Origin: Anolis carolinensis
Taxonomy: Eukaryota
Length of the DNA: 64,000 bases
Assembly (NCBI RefSeq): GCF_035594765.1
Contig: NC_085846.1
Coordinates: 12,325,190-12,389,189 of the forward strand
Reading direction: 5' to 3'
Part shown: positions 11,117-23,303 of the stretch, piece after piece
How the letters are laid out: the number at the start of each line of letters is the position of its first letter
How positions within the stretch are numbered: position 1 is the first letter of the stretch
Notes under the pieces: model-generated
The model's database searches: none
Seen by the model: the letters and a program-made list of their open reading frames with translations, nothing else
Told to the model about the DNA's origin: nothing
Made by a program: the position numbers and the translations under genes

Positions 11117-14100
11117 TGTGAGATAGATGCATATATTTTTGTGATGTCTGCACAGGTGTGCAATTTATTACACCTCAGTTTTCTCAAAGATATACTTCAC
11201 AAATAAAGGGCCTTTGGTAGAGGGACGTGCATTGCAGCGTGTATTTCCTGTTGGGTAACAGATTACCATTTGTGAATTTAGGAATATATGTTGTTTACCT
11301 GCGGTCTGGGCCAGGTGGGGGTTGTGTGATAGTAGGTGGAGCAGGTAGGGGTGGTCTGAAGCTTTTTCAGCTGAGAAAGCAAACACATCCTGTTCTTCTA
11401 TCCTTCTTCCTGCAAGCAGCCTTGTGTACTTGGTGAGGGGGCTGGGGTGGGTGCTACATTCCTGGAGGACAAAGGTCTCGGAGCGTTTTAGGAATACACA
11501 GACAGAGAGGAAAGGGAGGAGGTCGGAAATGAGTTTATGAGGTACCTCTCTCAAGCTAGGAAGGTTGGAATGAGAAGTGTCACATTAACTTTTAAATTGG
11601 AGCGTTAGCAGGATGCAATGGGAAGTATGCTTGCTTTTTAGACTGGCTTTTCCTCCACAACAAAATGTTCATAACTGTTGCTACACCTGTATGCTGGAAA
11701 AGGTTGCATCTGATGAGATTCGACCTGCCATGCAATTAAACATACAGGTGTCCTACTACGAGAGAAAGCCCAGGGTTGGATTGATGTCTGGTTGTTGTTA
11801 TGTGTCTTCCAGTCAACACTGACTCTAACTATTCTTGGATTTTTTGGGGGCAAGATATATCTTTGCCTTTCTCTGAGGCTGAGAAAGTGTGACTTGTTTT
11901 TACAAGTAATAGCTTTTGCCTACCTAGCAGTTTGAAAACATGCAAAAGTAGGTAGATCAATAGGTACTGCTCCAACGGGAAAGTAACCGCACTCCATGCA
12001 GTCATGCTGGCCATATGACCTTGGAGGTGTCTACGGACAATGCCGGCTCTTCAGCTTAGAAATGGAGATGAGCACCAACTCCCAGACACAACTAGATTAA
12101 ATATCAGGGGAAAACCTTTGCTTTTACTATCTCATAAGACCATCACACGCTCTGATGTGGAAATCCAAACAGATGTGTGGAAGTCAATTCAGATTATTAA
12201 TTGATAGTCTGTGCATGGACAATGGGTGTTTTTCTTCATGTGTAGGTGAAGCAGGTGCCAGGCCAAAGTCCTTTGTTTCAAAGAAGGACTTATTTTCTAA
12301 TACTCAATTACATAATGTAACATGATTTTTGTTCTTGGGTTATACATATCATATCCTAATTGGTTCTGTCATAAAAACATGAATTTTTTTTATTAAACTG
12401 CAAAAACGTTGTTTTTGCGGGATATCCTGCAAGACAATTTGTATAGTTTTTCAGTGAGTGTCTCATAGACTCTCAACCAATTCAACATAGTTTGTGCCAC
12501 AAAAATGAAGTAGTATAAGAACTACTTTCAAAGTAAGCACCACACTATTAAACAGAAAATAACACTTTCAAACTAGGAACAAATCCCCCCAGATTTTGTT
12601 CCATAATGCTATTGAGTCTTCTAATAGAGGGGAGACTAATTGGTAGAGAGTTATTCCTTCTTCCCAGAGAGGAAATCTTCACCGAAGGTACATCTACACT
12701 GTAGAATTAATGCAGTTTGACACCACTTTAACTGCTATGGCTCTAGGCTTTGGAATCCTAGTCACCAGATCTCTTTAGCAGAGAAGGCTAATGACCTTGT
12801 AAAGTGACAATTCTTATAGCATTGAACCTTGCCAGTTAATGCGGTGTTAAACTGCATTAATTCTACAGTGTTGATGCACCTTTAGTAACTAAAGACTCAA
12901 TGTACAAATCCTTTTGCTTGGTAGAAGAGATCGGAGATCATCTACCAAAGGATCAGCCAGCTACCGGGTTGTGTGAAACTCCTGTTATCTTTTTTTCTAA
13001 CAAGCCCGAAACTCTTTGTAACCGGATCCCCTGGAGAGAAGAGGCTTGGAGCTGAGCCCGTGAGAACAGGGAGCCGTCTTGTCCAGTTAGTGTGCAAACA
13101 GTGTACGTTTTCATGGCATGTCCAAATCCTCGACTAGTTTAGCCGAACCTTGAAATCAATCTGTGCTGAGCATTTGCACGATCAAATATAGTAAAAGTTG
13201 TGTTGTATTCCCTTGACTTGTAAGGAGGTGGATATCCAGGTCCGTCACTTGCTGGGTTCAGTGTTCTATGGATATGCGTGAACTATAGCTCTCTGATGTC
13301 AAGGTCAATCACCCACAAAGCCTGCCGGTATTTACAGTTGGCCATGTTGGGTCTGTGTGCCAAGTTTGGTCCAGATCTGTCAATGAAGATCTCAACCATT
13401 GACCTTTATCTCCGGGAGTTATAGTTCACCTGTACTATAGTCCACCAGTATTTCCAGTTGGCCATATTGAATTTGTGTGCCAATTTTGGTCCAGATCCAT
13501 CATCAGATGGGTTCAGTGTTCTCTGAATACGGGTGAACTATAGCTCCTGGATCTCAGTGTCAATCACCCCAAACCCCACCAGTATGCAAATTTGGCCATG
13601 TTGAGTCTGTGGCAAGTTAGTTCCAGGTCCATTGTTGGTTGGGTTCATTTGACTTGGGGTGTATCTCCAGTATAGAAATAATGTAGTTTAACTGTTAAGG
13701 TTTAATGCTATGGAATCCTAGGAGTTGTAGTTTTTTAAAGGACTTCAGCCTCACCAAACTATAACTCCTAGGATTCCATAGCACTGAGCCATGGCAGGTA
13801 AAGTGTTGTTAAACTGCATTAATTCAACAGTGTAGATGCACCCTTGGAGGTTCTCCTCTCTTATGCTGACTCCTGTCTTCATTGTGTGTAAAGAGCCAAA
13901 CTAGTGTCCTACCTCTTAAAAGTGAGTAATCACGTTTGGATTTCTTCATCAGAGATTACAAGGCATCGCTTTCTAAACAGCTTGAACTCTGGTACCTTTC
14001 TTATTAGAAACTTGTTTCCTTTATTGACAAAGACCGGGATTAATGTGCAAGACATACAGTACCTATTCAGGTTAGTTAAGATAAGTGGGACTTGCCAGAA

Positions 14101-14518
14101 ACTTTACTTCCGTTAAGTGCTTTATTCAGCCACACTCAAGAAACTTCATTACATTTCACCACTCCTAGTTTTCTGTGTTCTTCCTAGTAAGGTAAAGGTT
14201 TTCCCCAGTGTCTGACTCTGGGGGTTGGTGTTCATCTCCATTTCTAAGCCTAAGAGCCGGCGTTGTCTGTAGACACCTCCAAGGTCAGGTGGCTGGCATG
14301 ACTGCATGGAGCGCTGCTACCTTCCTGCCAGAGGGGTACCTATTGATCCTATCACATTTGCATGTTTTTGAACTGCTAGGTTGGCAGAAACTGGGGCTAA
14401 CAGCGGGTACTCACTCCGCTCCATGGATTCGAACCTGCGGGCTTTCGGTCCGCAAGTTCAGCAGCTCAGCGCTTTAACACGCTGTGCCATCAGAGGCTCC
14501 CTAAGCAGGTGCTTACCA

Positions 14519-14718
14519 TAGGCATAGGCGAACTTGGGCCCTCCAGGTGTTTTAGACTCCAACTCCCACCATTCCTAACAGCCTCAGGCCCCTTCCTTTT
14601 CCCCCTCAGCCGCTTAAGCGGCTGAGGGGGAAAAGGAAAGGGCCTGAGGCCGTTAGGAATGGTGGGAGTTGGAGTTGGAGTCCAAAACACCTGGAGGGCC
14701 CAGGTTTGACCATGCCTG
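14519..14718. mobile_element. Palindromic hAT MITE (family A), full length
   Basis: CAGGCATGGGCAAACTT-type TIRs; hairpin along its whole length. Confidence 0.85.
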
Positions 14719-15076
14719 ACTTAAAAGAAATGGATAACCAACTTTGTTAGAAATCTTTAAGAACTTTGAGGAATGGCTGGCGATTCTTGTTACAAGAATA
14801 TAAGGACAGAATTGGTTTTGATAATGATTAGGATTTTCTGATAACAAATAGTTTTATGTAGAGGGAATCATCTTATACACTTTACAGCACCATTGGAAGG
14901 AAAGTTGGAACTAAATCATTCTTCCTTGCTTTCTCTTCTCCTTGTTTCCTCTCTTCCTTACTTCATTGCTTTTTCACTTCTTCGCTCCCTCCCTTCTTTT
15001 TCTCTTTGTAATTGTCCCTGCAGTATTTCTTTTTTAGTGTATTTATAATTGTAATGTAGTTTTTTAAAGTTATATA

Positions 15077-16155
15077 CAGGAGGCCCCCAAGTTATGAACA
15101 AGATTGGCTCTCTAGGTTGGTTCTTTAGTTGAATTTGTTTGTGAGTTGAAACAGTTATTTTTTTCAGTGTAACTGCAGCTATATCTATATATAGGTATAG
15201 GTAAAGGTAAAAGTTTTCTCCTGACAATAAGTCTAGTTGTGTCCAACTCCATTTCTAAATCAAAGAGCCGGCATTGTCCATAGACACCTCCAAGATCAGG
15301 TGGCTGGCATGACTGCATGGAATGCCGCTACCTTCCCGCCAGAGCGGTACCTATTGATCTATTCACATTGGCATGTTTTCGAACTGCTAGGTTGGCAGAA
15401 GCTGGAGCTAACAGTGGCCGCTCATTTTGCCCCCCCCCCGGATTCGAACCTGAGACTTTTCAGTATGTAAGTTCAGCAGCTCAGCACTTTATCACACGGT
15501 GCTACCAGAGGCTCCATCTATAGGTATAGGTAAAAGTTTTCCCCTGACAATAAGTCTAGTTGTGTCCAACTCTAAGGGTTGGTGCTCATCGCCATTTCTA
15601 AATCGAAGAGCTGGTGTTTTCTGTAGGCACCTCCAAGGTCATGTGACCGGCATGACTGCATGGAGCCGTACCTATTGGTTTATTCACATTTGTATGCTTT
15701 CGAACTGCTAGGTTGACAGAAGCTGGGGCTAACAGCAGGAGCTCCCCAGATTCAAACTGCCGACCTTTCAGTCAGCAAGTTCAGCAGCTCAACAGTTTAA
15801 CCCGCTGCGCCATCGAGGGCTCCCTATGTATATGTAAATGTGTATGCACACGCATACAAATTAATAAATGTTTTCGATAGTATAGGAAAGGATTAATACC
15901 ACTGTGGTGTTTGTTTTGCTGTCTGTGCCCCCGTTCATTGTCTTTCCCTGTAATAATTGGATATTGAAAAATTTGGCTTGTTGTGGAAAGAAGGATTGGT
16001 CAGAAAGCTTCAGTGGAGACATCTTTTCCCTGTGATAATTCTTCCAGGACCGATTTTCCCTTAGTGGAAGATTTCTCTTACTTCCTGTTGTCTCACCCCT
16101 ATTCTTAACTATAAGCTGTTTGTAAGTCGGATGTTTGTAACTCGGGGACTGCCTA
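15077..16155. mobile_element. Tigger-like element carrying two inserted Sauria SINEs
   Basis: Termini CAGGAGGCCCCCAAGTTA / TAACTCGGGGACTGCCTA with TA flanks. Confidence 0.65.
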
Positions 16156-16893
16156 TATAGATATTGATATGGGAAGAGGACAGACTGACCTTTTGCAGTC
16201 CACTGCTGGGAACCACCTCAGAATTCAAGGAAATGGGACAAATGCACCCCGAGGCATGAATTGAGAATTACCTGTAACATTCTTTGAGCTCCGTCTTGTC
16301 TTCTTTAGGTGTTCGGTAATCGCTACCCAAAAAAGGTTGAGCCTCAGGAGGCGAGGTGGGGCAAGAGGGCAGAGGTAGGTCAGGTTGGTCTCTTTCAGTG
16401 AAATTCTGTCACAAAACGGGTGGAGCTGCCTCCCGCGTCACCAGCCAAGCAACCCAACCAGTTGAGCGTGCCTCTATTTTTAAATGCCCTATTTGCTCAT
16501 ACAAACCACAGCCAGCTCATGGCATCTGTGCATGATGGGGACTGGCCGTGAGGGGTAGAATTAGCTGGCAAATTTAGGCTGTGACGTCTTGTGGATTGTT
16601 CTTCAGTGCTAGTTTGGGATGGAAAAGTCTGTCCCGTTTGAGAGCGATCCTTAACCGAAATATGTGCCGCACCTGAGTTTCAGGGCAGACAGTTAAATAG
16701 TGTTCATGCTCTCATAGAAGGTTAGGATCAGTGATTCAGATGTTTCGGGAAAGAGCCAGAGGTTTCTGCTGTTTGGATAATATCAGTTTTTTAGCTCTCA
16801 GCTAATAGTCATGCTGGTTGAAGCATTCTGGGAATTGCAATTCAAAAAGTAACATTTTCAAAGTATTCCTCCAACCCAAGGGTGCATCTACAT

Positions 16894-17047
16894 CAGGCAT
16901 GGGCCAACTTCGGCCCGCCAGGTGTTTTGGACTTCAACTCCCACCATTCCTAACAGCCTCGGGGAAAAAGGAAGGGGCCCGAGGCTGTTAGGAATGGTGG
17001 GAGTTGAAGTCCAAAACACCTGGCGGGCTGAAGTTTGCCTATACCTG
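16894..17047. mobile_element. Palindromic hAT MITE (family A)
   Basis: Exact 8-bp TSD ATCTACAT; nested in the terminus of a family-B MITE. Confidence 0.88.
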
Positions 17048-17671
17048 ATCTACATTGTAGAATCAAACCGGGTTGACAATGCTTTAACTACCATGGTTCA
17101 ATGCTGTGGGATCATAGGAATTGCAGTTTGGTGAGGTACGTACCAGCATTGTTTGGTGGAACTAAAACTCCCATGATTTCATAGCATTGAGACATGGCAG
17201 TTAAAGTGGTGTCAAACTGAATGCTCTAATTGCACACAGCCCTGCTGCCCTGTAAAGAGGAGCAACTTAAGTTCTACTTTCTTACTCTGGAGAAGAAAAG
17301 ACAGATTCCCACCCTTCTCTCCAGAGACAAAGCGATTCTTCCTGCTTCCCCCTTTGCAAGCCTGGAGTTGTTGTAGGAATGTGCACACAACGGGAAGTGT
17401 CAATGGTTCTTCCTGCTTCCTCCACTCCACCCAAAACTGAGATTTCTTCCTTCTCCCCCTGGAAGCCTGAGGCTATTGTAAGAATAGTGAATAAGTGAAA
17501 CCACTCATACGTGGGTCTTACAGTGCTTCAAGGAGAAAAAATTGTTTGGGTTGCATTTCCACCTGCATGGCATTGCTAGCCCTCATGGTTGTCTGGTAGT
17601 GGATTTCCTACCCTGGCTTTCCCATCTTACCTGAACATGCACCTACTTAGTGTAGTGTAGTGTAGCTGTCA

Positions 17672-18744
17672 TCTATCCATCCATCCATATAATAAAAGTG
17701 AAAATATGTATGCATGTGGCTGGGATGTCCATTTCCACAGAAAGGCTCCCACTTCCACAAATAGCTATAGCTCCCACTACTCAGGAGACACCAATGGACC
17801 TCCCTCCAATAACATTATAGGTTATAGCGAGTGCCGTGATCATGTCCAAGAGCCCTGCCAATGTCCTCCAAAAACGCCACCTAAATAAGAGCTTTCACAT
17901 GGAGACAATTTCATCCTAGATTTTCAGTTTTTCCTCCACCACAGACATCCCAGTGGTTCTTACTCTTTCCATTGGTGTGGAATTTGCATCACCCCGCCCA
18001 CTGCCTCTCAAATAATCCTTTCCTATTTTTTTCTATGGCACACAACAAACAGAGGAATTGATCAGCAACTGAACATACTAGAGAGGTTTGGGGAGAATTG
18101 GATTGGAGAATTGGAGGTCCTGAGATGTATAGTTCACCTGCGATTTAAGAGCACTCTGAACTCCACCAAAGATGGAATTGGACCAAACTCGGCACACAGA
18201 GCCCCCATGACCAGCAGAAAACACTGGAGGTCTTTGGAGATAACAATGGAGGTCTTTGTAGTTCACCTACATCCAGAGTGCACTATGAACCCAAACAATG
18301 ATGGATCTGGACCAAACTTGGCATGCATACCCAATATGCCCAAATTTGAATACTGGAGGGGTTTGGGGGGGGGGGGGGGGAACTGACCTTCCTTTCTGGG
18401 AGTTGTAGTTCACCCACAACCAGAGAAACTGATCTCCACCGATGGTGGACCTGGACCAAACTTGGCACACAGAACCCCCATGACTAATTAAACCAATTGG
18501 AGGGGTTTGAGGGGAATGACTCACCATAGTGGGAGTTGTAGTTTACCCTACAACCAGAGAGCACACTGAACCCACCGATAATGTATCTAGAGCAAACTTG
18601 CACAACTGATGGGAGTCCTGATGGAGTTTCTTGGGGTTCACCTGGCGTGATGTGAGTTGTAGTTCAGCCACAACCTTATACATTTTGTACAATTAAAAAT
18701 AAACTTTTTCAACAAACCTGGTCAATGCCAGGTACCCAAGCTAG
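17672..18744 (+). mobile_element. Non-autonomous Helitron with internal ~120-bp tandem repeats
   Basis: A|TC 5' end, subterminal hairpin ACCTGG-N6-CCAGGT (18716-18733), CTAG|T 3' end. A related minisatellite lies inverted at 13225-13655. Confidence 0.75.
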
Positions 18745-19707
18745 TTGTGTAATAAAAATGGACCAAAACACTGTTTGTGAAAAAGCACAACTACAATAGT
18801 TGGTTGAGAAGTTGGCAACTTACTTTACAAGCCAAAAGTAGGACCTACATTTTTTTTGTTGGACCCTTCCTTTTTCATGGAAGGAAGTAAGCAAAAATAG
18901 ACAAATTTACAGTGACATATTTAACCCAAGACCCATAGAGGGGCTCATCTTCATTTCTTATTGAGTCACCAAGTGACCCCTGGAGTGAGAGAACAATTTT
19001 AAATGTAGTATATTCTCTCCTGCAATGTTCTTATCGACATGGTGGCTGGGTGCTCTCCAAACTTGCATAAGCTCATCCGTCAGGAATCCCTGGCACGACA
19101 GGCTTCTTCTCCTCTTGCAGAAAATACCCTCTTGATTAGTTCTTGGGAAGCAGATCTGTGGCAAGAGAAACTGGGGCAGGAGGTGGGAAGAGACTCATGC
19201 CACCTCTCACCTGAGAAGATGCCAAGCTGAAGAGGAAATCTTGGAAATGTCTCGGGAGAAATAACCTTATCTCGCCATGATGGCGCCACCCCAAATCGAA
19301 AAAGAATAGGGACAGATGTGGTTGGATGTTATAGCTTTGGGTGTGGATGAGGCTGATGATCCTTTTCGTCATCCTGGAAAGATTGATCAGCTTTTCACAA
19401 TATGTAGGATCCAGTCCTTATCGTTGACACCAATGTCAGGATCTCCTCCTGTCCCACCTCTATAGGGACCTTCCAAATGCCCTCGTGGTTGCAGTTTAGG
19501 GCTTTGGGTGCATCTACACTGTAAAATTAATGCAGTTTGATACCACTTTAACTGCCATAGCTCAAAGCTATGAAGTCATGGGAACTACTGTTTTTTTAGC
19601 CATCTCTGCCAAAGAGTGGGGGTGCCTCACCAAATTACAACTCTCATAATTCCTTAGCATATGGCAGTTAAAGTGGTGTCAAACTGCATTAATTCTATGG
19701 TCTAGAT

Positions 19708-20411
19708 CAGGGGTCCCCAAACTAAGGCCCGGGGGCCGGATGCGGCCCTCCAAGGTCACTTACCTAGCCCCCGCCCTGAGTTTTATAATATTTTATATCA
19801 GTTTTAATATAATATATTGTATATACATATAATATTGATAATCTTATTATTATCTTACAATATAATACTAATAGTAATACCATATAATAATATTAATTAT
19901 ATGGTATATATTACATATTATATAATAGTATAGTGGTATAGTTCAATATAGTAATATATAATGTTAATATTGTGTGATTCTAATAATATAATATATTGTA
20001 TGTACATACAGCTGCTCTGAGTCCCCTTCGGGGTGAGAAGGGTGGGATATAAATGTAGTAAATAAATGCAGTAAATAAATAATTAATTTTAGACTTAGGC
20101 TCGGCCAAAGTTTGACATGACTTGAAGGCACACAACAACAACAACAATCCTAATTAACTTGACTATCTCATTGGCCAGTACAGGCCCACACTTTTCATTG
20201 AAATCCTAATAGGTTTATGTTGGTTAAAATTGTTTTCATTTTTAAATATTGTATTCTTTCATTGTTGTTGTTATACAACAAACTACAAATAAGACATGTG
20301 CAGTGTGCATAGGAATTTGTTTGTATTTTTTTTTCCAAATGATAATTTGGCCCCTCAACAGTCTGAAGGATTGTGGACCGGCCCTCTGCTTAAAAAGTTT
20401 GGGGACCCCTG
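19708..20411. mobile_element. Non-autonomous hAT, OposCharlie1-like
   Basis: Same TIRs; exact 8-bp TSD GTCTAGAT. Confidence 0.88.
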
Positions 20412-20970
20412 GTCTAGATGCAGCCTTTCTTCCTCTAACTTTCCCACTGGGCACAACTACAGGCATCATAGATCCACACAAAGATTCCATTAATCGTTAT
20501 TTAGCATTCCCAGAGACATGAAACAACAGAGTTATGAAACAAACATTAAGGTATTAAACAGAAGGTGAACATGAGCTCAAAGATTATTATTTAATACATC
20601 TAGATCCTGATTGACTCAAATTCCAGCTCACATCTCTCACATATATTCCTGTTGCAGATGCTCATCTCTCACACTTAATCCTCCCTAATTGACCTGAGTA
20701 ATTAACTGATTTCTGTCTCTGACCAACACTCCTAACGTCTCTAAGTCATATCCATGACTCTGACATTCTTCTTTCACAGCCTGTCTCCACTCATATCTTA
20801 ATTAGGTTAAGCATGTTTTTTTTAAAAACACTTCTTACTGTTGGATTTCTACCTGGTTTTAAGCTATTATTACTTGAGTGGATTGGAGGCAAATGGTCTG
20901 CATTTTGTCTGATCTGCTTCCTAAAGGGTAGACTGGGGTTATATTTAATGTATGTATACTCTAGGAGTTA

Positions 20971-21303
20971 AGGAGCCTCCAATAGAGCAACAGGTTAAGC
21001 CACTAAGCTGCTGAACTTGCTGACCAAAAGCTTGGTGGTTCGAATCGGGGGAGCGGGGGGAGCTCCTGCTGTTAGCCCCAGCTTCTGCCAATCTAGCAGT
21101 TCAAAAACATGCACATGTGAATAGATCAATAGGTAGCGCTCTGGTGGGAAGGTAATAACACTCCATTCAGTCATTCTGGCCACATGACCTTGGAGGTGTC
21201 TACGGACAACGCCGGCTCTTCGGCTTAGAAATGGAGATGAGCACCAACCCCCAGAGTCAGACATGACTAGAATTAATGTCAGGGGAAAACCTTTCCCTTT
21301 ACC
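20971..21303 (+). mobile_element. Sauria SINE, full length
   Basis: tRNA-like head with GGTTCGAATC box, (ACCTTT)n tail, TSD TATGTATACTCTAGGA. Confidence 0.92.
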
Positions 21304-22750
21304 TATGTATACTCTAGGAATTAGCGTGGTATAGTTTCAGTGTTGCACTAGATTCGCGGTTTGAATCCCTGCTCAGCCATGGAAGCCCACTTGGGGTGCA
21401 CTAGCACTATAGAATGAATGCAGTTTCACACCACTTTCAGTGCCATGGCTCAATGTTATGGACTCATGGGAGTTATTGTTTTACAATATCTTTAGCCTTC
21501 TCTATCGAAGAGTGTGCTGCCTCACCAAATTACAAATCCCAGGATTCCACAGCATTGAGCCATGGCAGTTTAAAGTAGTGTCCGATTGCATTAATTTTAC
21601 AATCTAGATGCAGCCATGGTGATCTCGGGGCAAGTCACCCACTCTGTTGGCCTCAGAGTAAGGCAATGACAACCCTCCTTTGAACAAATATTGCCAAGAA
21701 AACTTCATAATAAGGGCAGTTAATTCTAGCAGCACAGAAGTCGTAGAATAATGGAAACGTGACTTGGATTGTGTCCATAGTTGGATTCTGGATGGGAGAT
21801 TTTTTTTCCAATGGATTCTTGAAGAATGACAAGGCTTGAGCCACATACCAAATTAAAGCCTGCTCGCAATCCAAGGATCAGTTTAAGCAATCTGCAGAAT
21901 CAAGTACAATTCCTTCAGCATTCCTTGGATGAGAACTGAAACATTTATACTCAAGCTATACCTGAATATAGCCAAAATGGCAAAAGGTATTAATGGAGAA
22001 TAACAGACAAGCTAGGTGAGGTGACAGCAGTTTGGTTATGCCTGGCTATACTGGGAAGGGCAGGATTGTACCCAATCCACCACTGAGATAAAGCAGTTGA
22101 AAAAATAGGATAATAAAGGAGTAATAGAGCCTGTTCCTACCAAACCAAAACAGTTGGAGGGTATGAAGTCCTTTTCTGGTAGAGCATCCCATTTATGGCA
22201 CCATTGTTTCAAGACAATGTGGTGTTTTTCAATTAGTCTTTTCATAAATGTGTCATTTTCCTACATATATGGATAAGAGCTTGGAAAAATTAGTCTTGGC
22301 TGTCGTAATTTTGCCGCTATAATCCAAAAAGTTCCTTTTTTAAGCTCTGACAAGGATCCACATTCCTAGTAGGAACATTTAAATATCTAATTGTCTGCAG
22401 CTGCCAATTGAAATGATTCAGTAAAATAAAACTGCAACCATATCAAATAAAATTGCAATCATATGTTGTGGAATATCTGGACTCTGTGTTCAGTTCAGAA
22501 ATGGGAGAGAATCTTAGAGGAACAGAGACAGCAAAGTAGAGGATGTCATCAGTGGTATCTACTCTGCAGCAGGATTCCTATGTTTTATCCCTAGGGCTTT
22601 GAAAGTGTTGTGAAAATGAAATTAAAAATATAATCTTTAGCATCTCTATTAGAACATATTTTCACCTCCCTTTTTATACATTAAAGATAGATTTTTCATC
22701 CTGCTTTCTGGTTTTGGTGTAATTGGAATATTGCTAAGAGCTCTTTGTAT

Positions 22751-23210
22751 GGGGCCGGGCTGTGGCGCAGGCTGGTGAGCAGCCTGCTGCAATAAATCAC
22801 TCTGACATGAGGTCATGAGTGCGAGGCCAGCCTGTGGCGGGGTGAGCACCCGTCAATTAAAAAATAAAAAAATAGCCCCTGCTCGTTGCTGACCTAGCAA
22901 CCCGAAAGATAGTTGCATCTATCAAGTAGGAAATAAGGTACCACTTATAAAGTGGGGAGGCAAATTTAACTAATTTACGACGTTGGAATGAGGAAGTGCC
23001 ATCACAGTGGATGATGAAGCAGCTGTCCCCCCCTGTGGCCAGAATCGAACATCCCCTCAGGAGAAGGTTAAATTGCCTCTTCGTCTGTCTCTGTTCTATG
23101 TGTATATGGGCATTGAATGTTTGCCCTATATGTGTATAATGTGATCTGTCCTGAGTCCCCTTTGAGGTGAGAAGGACAGAATATAAATACTGTAAATAAA
23201 TAAATAAATA
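22751..23210 (+). mobile_element. Full-length tRNA-derived SINE with L2-type tail (Anolis SINE2-like)
   Basis: A box TGGCGCAGGCTGG, B-box-like GAGTGCGAGGCC, L2 3' stem-loop CTGAGTCCCC..GAGAAGG and (TAAA)n tail. Confidence 0.75.
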
Positions 23211-23249
23211 CTAACAGCTTGTCTTTTTGTCTTGTTCTCTCTTATGCAG

Positions 23250-23303
23250 CATTTCTCTCCAGCTCCCACTCTGCGGCTGTGGAAGATGTAAGAACAGGAG
23301 GAA
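23250..23303 (+). CDS. PRSS8: Prostasin coding exon 2 (AFLSSSHSAAVEDVRTGG)
   Basis: TACTAAC branch point, polypyrimidine tract and CAG acceptor; A|GTAAGA donor; phase 1-1 keeps the frame between exons 1 and 3. Confidence 0.75.

Noticed and set aside
18090-18670. CRISPR-like repeat-spacer array
   Set aside because: Units are whole degenerate tandem repeats within a Helitron in a vertebrate genome; no unique spacers and no cas genes.
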